Below are positions 37,173-47,552 of a stretch of DNA of 64,000 bases, piece by piece (within the stretch, counting starts at the first letter, position 1; each line of letters begins with the position of its first letter). The stretch is from contig DF237084.1 in NCBI GenBank assembly GCA_000708835.1, positions 62,001 to 126,000 of the forward strand. The letters run 5' to 3'. The notes under the pieces are model-generated. The model was not told the origin of the DNA. It searched no databases and saw nothing but the letters and a program-made list of their open reading frames with translations. The translations under genes and the position numbers were made by a program. The stretch is from Klebsormidium nitens. Taxonomy: Eukaryota > Plantae > Klebsormidiophyceae.

Positions 37173-40100
37173 CTACGAAACAGCCTTTCTGTCACAGGGT
37201 TCTTGCAGCTTTAGATGTTGCTTGAGCCGCCGAACTGCCTCCAGCAACACGGCGTCGGTCTTGCAGAAAGCAAAGCGTATCAGGTGTTTGCCCTCCGCTG
37301 GATTCCTGCAACCAGAAAGAGAATCAATCAGCGCACTCAATCAACCATCCGGATAGCGGAGACTCGCCGGAGCCGTTTTGAAGGCTTGTTCCGATTCTGC
37401 TTTCGAGTCTATTGTACAGGACAAGCCCAGTTCTTTTACAGCAACCGAGTGCTGCACGTCCTTCCGGGAAGAGGTCATGACATACAACTCAGGGCTAACT
37501 GAAATGCAAAGGCCACGACAACCAGGTCGCAAACCTGTGATGGTTGGAGTTGCACTTGAGAGAGTGAAGCTATTGGGCGGTCAAAAACTGGATGCCTTGA
37601 GAGGATGCCGAATAAGGTGCTTGCTGAAAAGCCCTTTCATAAACTTCCTTGGCAATCGTGAGGGGGGAAAACCTGCGCAAGAGGGTGCTCACGAGTAGAA
37701 GCCGCTAGGGGGAATAGCGGCAACGCCCACTTTCTCGATCAGGTGCTTGCTGAATGCCACGTCATCGTCGAAGCCGAATGGCGTGAAGTCGGCCATCACA
37801 AAGAACGATCCCTGCGGCTCAAACACGTTGAATCCAACCTGCAAGCAGAGTGTCGGGGAATAACAATTGAAAGTCTAACGCTGGGCAATCAAAGAGGCCT
37901 TTCTATCACACTCGTATCACATCTGATACAGCGGGTCAGGCGAAGCCCAATACTGAGAGAGTGGCAACGCTGGCGCTGTTGACAGTCTCCAGCGGGGCAC
38001 CGGTCGCTTTCGACTGACTAAACGACTGATTGGCACTTTTCAGAGCGGGGTTTGTGAGATTATCCGCCTTCTGCGATACTGGTCTGGGGTTGCCAGTCGG
38101 GGATTATGAGGCACCAACAAGCCACCAAACCGTTTTCTGCCCGGTCTCATGAGGTTCTTGACTAGCTAATTAGCTTGAAACGAATCGCTTCGACAATAAT
38201 GGACATTGGCATACCCTGTCTTCAACCTCATATGCAAAGCTATCTGCAGTTTGACGGAAAGAGCAATATAAGGCAATGTTACGTGGTGAAAGTCACGAGA
38301 GCGACCGGAACTCGCGCGGATGGCGACTCGTTTGAAAGAAAAAGAATCTGATCGAGTCGACTGGAAGGCTTGCAAAGATTGACAAATCCGGACGGAAGGT
38401 CACGCAAACAGTACTCTCAGCTTTGCCGAAAACTAGGAGGGGTTTTAAAGAGTAAATCAGACTACTCGGTGTCCTCCCTTCCTCACCTCTCTTAGGCCTA
38501 AGAGATAGCATCCAATTGAGTCGACAGGAAGGCTTTCAGAGATTGTAAAGAATTGGACAGAAGGTCACGCAGACAGTACTCTTTGCTTGCCGAGAAGTAG
38601 GAGAGGTATTAAAGATGAATTCAAATTACTCGGGGTCGTCCCTTCCTCACGTCTCTTAGGCCTAAGAGATAGCATCCAATCGGATCGACGGGAAGGCTTG
38701 CGGAAGTTAGCAAGATCTTGCCAGAGGTAACGCAAACAGTACTCCTGGCTTTGCCGGTATCTAGGCGAGGTTAAAGATAATATGGGGGTACTCAGTGTTG
38801 TCCATTCACTCACGTCTCGTAGGCCTTCCAGCAGGATGTCTCTTCGCCGCGTATAGTCCGCCCGGACCTGCGGAGTGAAGAGACTCTGCTTTACTCCTCC
38901 AACCACTCAAAAGCGCTATGCACATTCCGCTGAGGTTGAGAAGTTGCTCATAGGTCGGAACAGGATACAGAAGGAGCAGAACACAGGAGTCGCGTTACAG
39001 TGATGCAATGTAACAACCACAATCAACTCATGCATTCCTCAAGCGCGTTGCTTGTATCCTGCGCGGTCGAACTCGCTCTTGAAGAGCAATCAAAAGTTTG
39101 AGCAAGTAAGTGTCCGTGTGCACTGCTTAGCCGCTTGCGCCCTGTCCAAGATTGCCATGTTTACGCCAGTATTGACGCACCCAGGAGATGACGACGGGAA
39201 TGAGTTGCTGTCAGTTCGACAGAAGTCTGAGCTCGGCAACGGGTGCGACAACTTGCTCTGCCAACTGAACTTGCGTCTTCTTGTCGGTTCGTTTAATCTG
39301 CTGAAGCCTCAGTCGGCCCCATACGACATATTTCAAAAATGATTTGCGGAAGGTACTAGAGTTGAGCAACTCAGACAGGAAAAAGCGGGAAAGCACGAAC
39401 TGGACAAGCTATTCGAAGGGCACGACAACAAAGGACGCCGACGAACTACCGGACGACCACACAAAGCGAGCACAAACGAGGGTACGGTGAAAGAAACTAA
39501 AACGTTATGAGAACCCCCCACCTGTTCGTAAAATTGGGGGGGCGCCCGTAACGCCGCGGCGGCCCCGTGCTGCAGCGGCGTCGCGACCGAGAACGTCACA
39601 AACTGGTGCGCCATGCGGATGGCGTGCGACAGCGGCGGGGGGGCGATCGCCCAGCCAACCTTCCACCCCGTCAGCGAGAACGTTTTCCCGAGCGAGTTGA
39701 GCGTGACCGTCCGATCGTACATCCCAGGCAGCTGGGCGATTGACACGTGGCAGGCGCCGTTGTAGAGCAGGCGGTGGTAGACCTCGTCGGAGAAGACGAG
39801 GGCGTCGTGGCGGGCCGCGAGGTCGGCGATGAACTGGAGCTCGCTGAGAGAAGTGACGTTGGCGTTACTACAACATAACATCAATGTCTTGTCAGACGCG
39901 ACATCAGGAGTAAGAAACGAGGACGATACACTTGCAATCGTGGAAGCCCTTTGCATGTAATCAAGTCTCTGTCGGCTAGAAAGCGGAAGTCAAAGTTTCC
40001 AGAAACGAAACAAGACATCTAGGAAGTTGTTTCGATCTCGCTGGTGTTGGGCGTGACGTGAGCGCATTGCCGCGCAAGGGTGCAAGAAGCAGGAAAGCGG

Positions 40101-42617
40101 ATGGTGAACGGGCTATGACGTCAGCGTCGGTATGTCAGGGCGAAATCAAACAAGGCGGAAAAGTTGAAGCCAAGAAGTTAGAGGGAAAAAACCAGCTTCG
40201 ACAAAGAACCAGCTTCGACGAAGAACCAGCTTTGACAAAGGACCAGCCTCGACAAAGTATCAGCTTCGATCTGCACAAATGATGTACTTTGACTTCTCCA
40301 AGGACAAGGTGTCTTTTGAGGGAGAGGGACGCATTACGAGAAGACGTCAGGAAACGTCGGAAGAAAATGAGTATTGAATCAAAGAGGGTGGGCTGCAACG
40401 CACCTCTCCGTGAACACCCGCCCCGTCGGGTTGTGCGGCGTGTTGATCAGGATCACCCGCGTCTTGCTGGAGAAAGCCGCGCTTAGCTCGTCCCGCGAGA
40501 AGGAGAAGTCGGGGGGCCGCAGCACGACCGGCTTGACCATCGCGCCCGCCATCGCCATCGCCGCCTTGTACGAGTCGTCTGCAAAAAGAGCCCCCGGTCT
40601 CTGATTGCTTTTGTTTTTTTTTGTTATTGTTATCATTGATTTTGACGTCCCCCCCCTTCTGTTAGTTGTATCCTTTATCTCTATTCTTTCGTCTTTCGAG
40701 TGCCTGATGTGATGGATGGAGGGAGAACATGAACTTCCTCAACGGATGCCAGTGACACCCACTAGCTATCACTCCCTGCGATTGAGATTTTTAGGAGGGA
40801 ATTCAAAGTCGGTGCCGTCGATCTGAGAGAGTATAGCCAAAGGGGTTTCCAGGGAGTTTGCTGCGAAGTTTTGCTCTCCTTCCGGCCTTCATTTCTGAAA
40901 GCAGCCGCCAATGGAGCAGCTTTTTTGTGGCAGGAACTCGGAGCAGTCCCCATAGATTGCCGGGTTTCTTGTCCTCCTTCCTTCTCTGCTCCTATGACAC
41001 ACTCGCGCTACCTAGCTGGAAGTAGCCAGAAAAGGCAGTCGACTTACGAACCCAGTGGTGGTCTAACCAGCGCTCGTTTGAGAAACCAATGGTCAGCGAG
41101 TCCTGACGTCCGAAAGAATTATGATGGGGTACCTTTTCTCTATTTCATAAGCCGGCCTATCGCAGGACTTGGCCGCGCCCTCCTCTGCCTTTGTGAGAAA
41201 CATATCTGCCTCTGTATGTGTAGCCGCGAAAGTACTGGAAAGCGTGGAGAACCAAGTCGACGTAAGAGATCTCCAATGCCGGTTCATTTCGACCAGTAGA
41301 TCGAACTCTTATGAATGCACCAGAATCAGTCATACAAATCGAGTGCGGCATGAATTCAAACTTCCCCTTCTGAGTTTCACAATGCTTATCCGAACTTGTA
41401 AAACCGCAACGACGATGCTGACGGCGAAAGGTGAGGAAAGCACGAGGTTTGCGGAAGAAGACGGTTGGGGAACAAAAACCTCCACCCTGGCACGCTGGCT
41501 CCGAGTACATCAAGTCCTGTGCCCCGAAATTCCACATTAGTAAAGCGAAGCTGGAGCTTGAAGATGAGAAAAGGCAAAGGGGCAGTCTGCACTCACATGC
41601 CGGCTCAAAGACCACAACCTCGTCCCCTGGGTTGCAAAGTCCCAGGAAGGCGCTCGCAATCGCTTCCGTGCACCCCGCAGTCACCGTCACTTCCTTTTTG
41701 GCATCAACTTCAATTCCCGTGTCCCTCTCAAACACGTCCGCGATTTCTGTCGCAAGATCGGGCACCCCCGTCATTAAAGCGTATTGGGACTTCCCATCTC
41801 GTATGGCCTGGATGGCCGCCTCTTTGACGAAGTCGGCGCCGTCGAAGTCGGGGAAGCCTTGGCCCAGATTGACGGCTTTGTGTTGCGCTGCGAGGGCGCT
41901 GATCTCGGTGAAGATGGTTTGGCCGAAAGAGGAGAAGCGGTCGGCTACCTGCGGGAGTGCATGGGCGGAACGGGTTTGCTTATAACCAGAGTCTGTGTTA
42001 AAAGAGGGGTAGGAGAGGGTCTGGAGAAACAGAGAGGTGCACTTCTGCAAGTTGTGGGAGATCGAAAGGAGAGGGTGGTATGGTCAAACAATGCATAGTG
42101 GTGGCCTATTGTGAATGGAAAGAATAGTGGTCAGGATCATTCTCTAAGCGACCAGATCCTGGGAGATGCAAGATAGAACCTCTTCTGAGTGTTAAGGTAT
42201 GAGGGCTAATCTTATCGAGGGCGACAGTTCGTGCCCGTCATTGGATCTTCACAAGGAGCCTGGCTTCGAAGCAGAAGTTCCAAGAAAAAGAAAAAGTCCT
42301 TGCCGATCAGACTTGTCCAGCAATGGCCATCTCCATCGACAAGACTCATCATATATAGAGATGTTACTGTAATGTACGCAGGAGTGTACCATCAGCACAG
42401 GCAGTCCATCTCTATGGATTTGTAAAAAGGCAACATTCACGGACAAGAACATCAAAGACTGCCTCTTATGATACAAGAAAGGGTGGTTTACCTGCGTAGT
42501 TTGGCGGCTTCCAGCTACGCTGCCATTCGCAGTACTAATGGAAGACTTAGGGGCACCATCTTGTGCTGCAGGTTCAGAATCCTCCCCAGAACCTGGAGTG
42601 TGTGTCGTGCTGGCCAT
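37173..42617 (-). CDS. class I/II PLP-dependent aminotransferase (kynurenine/methionine aminotransferase-like)
   Basis: Exons 42617-42492, 41948-41597 (AVNLGQGFPDFDG), 40578-40404 (INTPHNPTG), 39843-39522 (SDEVY..SLGKTFSLTGWKVGW with the PLP lysine), 38867-38814, 37838-37693 (PQGSFF..GVAAIPPSGFY), about 37306-37173 (IRFAFCK). Confidence 0.93.
38350..38830 (-). repeat. tandem triplication (163-164 bp unit) covering the aminotransferase exon end, donor and intron start
   Basis: ggcctacgagac|gtgag (true donor 38813), ggcctaagagac|gtgag (38650) and ggcctaagagag|gtgag (38486). The internal motif tcgac.ggaaggct recurs at 38357, 38521 and 38685. Confidence 0.92.
40191..40269. repeat. 17-bp minisatellite x5 (ACCAGCTTCGACAAAGA) in an aminotransferase intron
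   Basis: Units start at 40191, 40208, 40225, 40242 and 40259, with no spacers. Confidence 0.9.
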
Positions 42618-42975
42618 AGGATACTAGAATGACAACAGCCGTACTGGTGATCGCCTTACACTGGAGTGATTCCTCCCAAGTTGTATTGACTGGAAGAACT
42701 GGGAGCTGACAGATCTGAGTAATCTGAAGCTTCAGGAGGTCCCTAGGGCAACTTGTCCGGGTCGGAAATATCTGACCCGTTATCTGGAGATATGATGGCC
42801 AGGGTAGTGGTGCCGCCAAGCTGGTGCCACTTCAATCAAAGCAATGCTGATCCGGAAGCTGATCCCCTGTACATAGAAATACGCGGATTGTCCACTGCCA
42901 ATCAATCTACGAACTGTACAGCTCAAGCGATCCTTGGTCTTGATCAGAATAAAGGCTTCCACTAGTTGGTCAGGC

Positions 42976-43363
42976 CAGAGGGCGCAAGCACCAGGCAAAA
43001 TCCTCGTGCGAGCAGAATTGTAAGTGGACGGGTCCTTGCATTCTCAGGTGCCCACAAGTTCGAAAGTGCTCCAATATGTTTACTGATGCTCTGAAAAGGT
43101 TTCCGCCAAATTCTGGTGCTAGCTGACCATGTTTCTCAACAGCCAAAAAGAAGGGGTTTTAGCTGGTAGAAGCAGACATGGGTCCACTCTTCAAATGACA
43201 CCAGAGGCTCCACCGGCCGGGCGGACCCAAAAACCGGTGCCAAATGTTGCTAAAGGACCATATAAGACGCCTGCAAAATTTTGTGGACGCCCCCGCGGTG
43301 GAGCCCCTATGGTCTGCTCGCGACTGGAGCTCAATTATTTTGCCTGGGTGCTTGCGCCCTCTG
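42976..43363. mobile_element. 388-bp hAT-like MITE
   Basis: TIR CAGAGGGCGCAAGCACC(C)AGGCAAAAT (26/27 bp, one indel). Perfect 8-bp TSD GGTCAGGC at 42968-42975 and 43364-43371. An 8-bp TSD and CAG terminus are typical of hAT elements. Confidence 0.9.
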
Positions 43364-43394
43364 GGTCAGGCTCCCCTTTCCTTCACAGTCTCTA

Positions 43395-43671
43395 CAGTCA
43401 GTGCGCACGCTCGTGGTGCCGGCAACAAAAGTTCGGAACCGTCCATCGATGGGGGCAGCCCCCAACTTCGACCCTCCGGACCATCCGATGGAGGTCGCAT
43501 TTATTGCTCTCTGCCAACCGCAAAGTCGGCCCCTAAACTTCGCCAGCGACTTTTGCACGAGATTTGAGTGAGGGCGTCGCCGCGTTTCCGAACTTTTGCT
43601 TTGACACATTCGCCCGGCGGTCGGTCAAAAGACCCGTTGTGTCAAGAGGCCCAAAACGTGCGTACTGACTG
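43395..43671. mobile_element. 277-bp Tc1/mariner-like MITE
   Basis: TIR CAGTCAGTGCGCACG / CGTGCGTACTGACTG (1 mismatch) plus internal inverted CAAAAGTTCGGAA / TTCCGAACTTTTG. The left flank is TA but the right flank is TCTA, so the TSD is imperfect. Confidence 0.7.
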
Positions 43672-44108
43672 TCTAGAGTTGCTTGTGGCTTGCTTGTCTT
43701 TCTGAACCTTCTGAATGTCCAAGCAAGGACTCGGATCGAGACAGCCAAGGTTCCTGAATCTGATCGACACCGATCGAGGTTCACGTTTTAAACATCGAAA
43801 ATACTCCTGTACGTCATCGGAATGGCCGGCACCCCCCGGGTTAGCTCAGCCAGAAACGGCATCAGAATTTATATATATTGACTGTACAACGACGTGGTTA
43901 AAATTCAAAAACCGGCATACTGCCCGTCAGCAAAGCTTTTGGAGTCCCTTCGACGGCAGCCTTCGAACAGACAATGCTGCGTTGCTGAACCTAAATTTAA
44001 ATTTAAATGCTAGGCAATGGCTGCCTCCTACTCTCTTCGCAGGTGCTCTTTCTCACCTACGTAGGTACATCAAGCCATTGGCATTGGATAGCTTACTCGT
44101 TGCCAAGG

Positions 44109-45167
44109 ATGGCGACCCTCTTTTCCTCTCTGCTCTGCACGGCTCATTCATCTGGGATCTGCCCCAAGTCCATAGGGGTCGCTCCTGATTCAACATCGTG
44201 CCTCTTAGGCGAAAACAGAGCTTGGCTGGCGGAGTGCTGCAATGGTCGTGTCAGGGCAAGGGACGCGGTAGGTGGACAAGCCCTGCTCCACTCTGTTCCC
44301 TTCCCAACTCTCAGCACTTTCTTGCCAGTCCTGCCTGAGCGGCCCGCTCACGTGATCTGCCGCAGAAGAAACCTTCCAAATGTGCGGGAGCATGTCGTCA
44401 GGCCTGTTTTGTTTGACAATTCGAACCAGCCAGAGCAGACGGGGACAGTAGCTCATAATGCTGGGAAGGACCCCTCGTCCAGCGCCATAGGATTTGACAC
44501 CGGGTCTGGGAGTTTGGAAGCTCCTCTTAAGAAATGCACCATGTGCAAGCGATCCAAATTTGTGGTCGACTTTGAAACGACGGTGACCACCGCTGACAAG
44601 CGGACCGAAGCTTGCAGGGCTTGCTTGGCTGCCCATCGGGCGGCGCGTACAGGAAAGCCTCTCCATCACTTGTCACTTAGCGGAGACGCGGCCTGGGATA
44701 AGGGGAAGGCATGCTTAAGGTGTAGTCATGTTAAGGAGATTCGTGACTATACCCGGAACACTAGAAAGGGTGACGGGTTTGAGATATATTGCCGAGCCTG
44801 CTTTAGCGAGATAAGGGCTGCACGCCTCGCCTTTGCGCCAGTGGATGTTCCTCAGAAATGCAGCTCTTGTGGTCAGGTGAAAGCTGCGAGTGCGTTTTAT
44901 CCAAATAAGCAGAGGTGCACCGGTCTCGCATCGTTCTGCAAGCTCTGCACTGTAAAGGCCACCTCAAAGTATCAGGCAAAAATGGCAGCGACCGCCAGCT
45001 TCTCCCGGGAAGAGAAGTTCTGTTGCGGCTGTGGCAGAACCAAGAAGGTGGCGGAGTTTAACAGGTCTCGGGGTTCCATTGACGGTTTCACAGGTTTCTG
45101 TAAGCAATGCAGGAGTGCCCGATACTCTGCTCCTAAGAGACTTTGTCCGGAGGGGCCAGTGGGCTAG
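44109..45167 (+). CDS. intronless Zn-ribbon tandem-repeat protein, paralog C (intact, 352 aa from ATG 44109)
   Basis: Four repeats: CTMCKRSKFVVDFETTVTTADKRTEACRAC, CLRCSHVKEIRDYTRNTRKGDGFEIYCRAC, CSSCGQVKAASAFYPNKQRCTGLASFCKLC and CCGCGRTKKVAEFNRSRGSIDGFTGFCKQC. The Ser/Leu/Ala-rich N-terminus has few acidic residues. Function unknown. Confidence 0.8.
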   Translation: MATLFSSLLCTAHSSGICPKSIGVAPDSTSCLLGENRAWLAECCNGRVRARDAVGGQALLHSVPFPTLSTFLPVLPERPAHVICRRRNLPNVREHVVRPVLFDNSNQPEQTGTVAHNAGKDPSSSAIGFDTGSGSLEAPLKKCTMCKRSKFVVDFETTVTTADKRTEACRACLAAHRAARTGKPLHHLSLSGDAAWDKGKACLRCSHVKEIRDYTRNTRKGDGFEIYCRACFSEIRAARLAFAPVDVPQKCSSCGQVKAASAFYPNKQRCTGLASFCKLCTVKATSKYQAKMAATASFSREEKFCCGCGRTKKVAEFNRSRGSIDGFTGFCKQCRSARYSAPKRLCPEGPVG

Positions 45168-47552
45168 TTAACTGTCCTGAGGGGCCTGCAGTGAGCCTTC
45201 TTGGAAGCATAAGAGCTGCGCAACTTGTTCAAAAGGCAGAAGGAGAGAGGAGGCATTGGCTAGGTGCATTCAAATCGTGCCCAGGTAAGTGCTCGGGCTC
45301 GTTAAAAGGTTCTGGGGACAGGTTCGCAATGAGGTAAAGCCAGAGGTCTATACCCAGTCAGCTGCTTGGAGCTCATTATTTCAGTCAGCCTATCAGTGCT
45401 TAACAAGACTCGTAAATCCCTTGTCGCGTCATCTTCAAGAAGTTTAATTTCTCAAGGCACTAGGTACTTCTTTGAGAGGCTGCGTCACCGTCTATATACG
45501 ACAGACATCTCTCTTGTGCTTTGTTATGCAGACTTGAGTATCTGCTTATGCGGACTTGAGTATCTGCTTTAGAAAATTGTATGATTCACAGGCTATTAAA
45601 GTAGGCCCGCTTCTACAAGGCTTCTGATCGCAGTATGTGTTTCTTGAAGGTGGTGCAGACTATGTTTGAAGCTTTGCGATTCAGCAAGGGAGTCTTGTGT
45701 CATTTCAAGAGGCCTGAAAAGATGATGTGCAAGTCAAGAAGCGGCTGTTCTCCTGAGGAAGTGCTTGTTCTTGCTCGTCAGTGCGCAAACAAGTGCAAAA
45801 GGGGGGCAGCCTGCAAATTGTCACCTCCTCCTTGTTGCAAGCGAACCTCCATTTAGGACCAATTCAGCAGCAAGTTAGGCGCGGGACCAATGGCCCTGTG
45901 GCATCAGTTACTTTCGCTTTACACATAGGCTGGCTTAGAGGAACGCCTAGCGTCCCTGGATATGAGTTCTTTTTTTGTTAGCCCCCATTAGCGCCCCATT
46001 GAAGCTCCGTCTTTCTTCTATCTTTCAGTCCCTGCTGCAGTCCCTCTTATCTTCAAGCCAAGAACTTTCTTTTCCAGGCCGCGGTGTGTCAACATGCTGG
46101 CCGTTACGGACATCATTCTAGCCTTAAGCCGAAGAGGGGAGTTCTTCTTCCCCCCGTTCTTATTGCAAGGCTTCAACACCGCGTCTCGGAGTAAGCCACA
46201 TGCTGACCAGAACTATTCAAGTCAATCAGCGAAACCGTTTGTTTCTCCTCTTCTGACGAAGTCAAGCGCTCCGTTGCCCATTAGAAACACAGGTCCTTGC
46301 TCCAAAGATCCTGGTCTGCGCTTATACTGTTGCTTCTTGCATGGCGCTGTTGTAGAGACGCGGCATTTCTTTGTAATCAAGCTGTACCTTGCGCATCATT
46401 TTGCATGGTAGTGGTGCTGCGTCGACATGTTCTATCCTTCCTTTCTTCCAACCAATCTTCGTTCTTCTTTCTGGTTCCTTCAACAAACGTTGACGGTTGT
46501 GCTTAACTTTTACGCTTACTTTGTATTCAGGCGTGGAGAGGCTTGCGCCTTGTACCGTCATACCGAGACTGCTGAGGGCTCCTGTACGTGAACGAGGTAG
46601 AGGATCCGTCCGTAGATAGTCGAGTATCCTCCAGGTGACTAGGTTGAAAGCAGATTGGCTGCCATGCACGTGGGCTCACCCCTGTCAAAAGATGTGATGA
46701 ATGGCATGTAGGGACGCAATTCAAAGCAAGCACTCTGTCTTGAAGCTAGCGTGAAACTCTCTTGCTCGGACCCAAGTGCCACCTATGCCGATTGCAGCCC
46801 CTATCTTATTTTTTTGCATCCTGAATTTATAAAAAATCATGTGTGCAGGGATTACGCTCTGGCATGGATCTTACAATAAAATGCAGTATAGTGCCCACTG
46901 GCAGCGTGTACTTCTGTATCACTGGTTTTGCGATGCAAATCAAGATCCTCAAATGAAAATATTCGTGTCCTGGCACGTGCACTGAAGGCATGTCCGGTGC
47001 ACCGGACCTGGTTACAACATGAGGCCCAGCCGATCTTGCACCAAGTGTAGATCTAGCTAGCTCAGCCTGGGGCGCAGCTACTAGCTAGCTCTTGACTTCT
47101 TCTGTACGTATATAAATTATAATAGGTCGAGCTTCTATATGGCCCGCGCGTATGTGTCAAGACACATGTGTCTCTTGTATGGGGGTTCAATGGGCAAAGT
47201 ATTGATTCACTCCAAGGCTTGCGGAGCGTGCGATTGCATGAGAGCGGACTCATAGGCAATGATGAGAAATGCCATGTCTAGCTTGCCCACGGGGCAGCTG
47301 CGCGCTGTATTGTATACTCCTCATCCAGCAAACGCATATATATGTATCCGAAAGGCATCATGAAAGGAACCTTATACGCCGTCATTTCGCATGTGCACAA
47401 TTCCTCAACCTCCGGCTGTGAAACATCGACGGCAACCATTCACGTGATCAGGCCGCCTAGGCCGTCCCACAATTCTGACTCGGGCTCCAATCTCTCCCAA
47501 CGTAGTACAGTGCCGCGTACACTGACTACAATAGGTTGCAATGGAGACTTCT

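Noticed and set aside
40191-40269. Short-repeat arrays as possible CRISPR
   Set aside because: Units are contiguous with no unique spacers, there are no cas genes, and the context is a eukaryotic intron. The same applies to 16451-16835 and 27435-27536.
43835-43910. tRNA/SINE-like head (CCGGGTTAGCTCAGCCAG)
   Set aside because: Only an A-box-like stretch is present, with no T-arm/B-box or cloverleaf pairing downstream.
46322-46669. Protein-like minus ORF (115 aa) as an additional gene
   Set aside because: No recognisable motif, multiple stops in all frames downstream and no consistent splice path found. Treated as a possible relic only.
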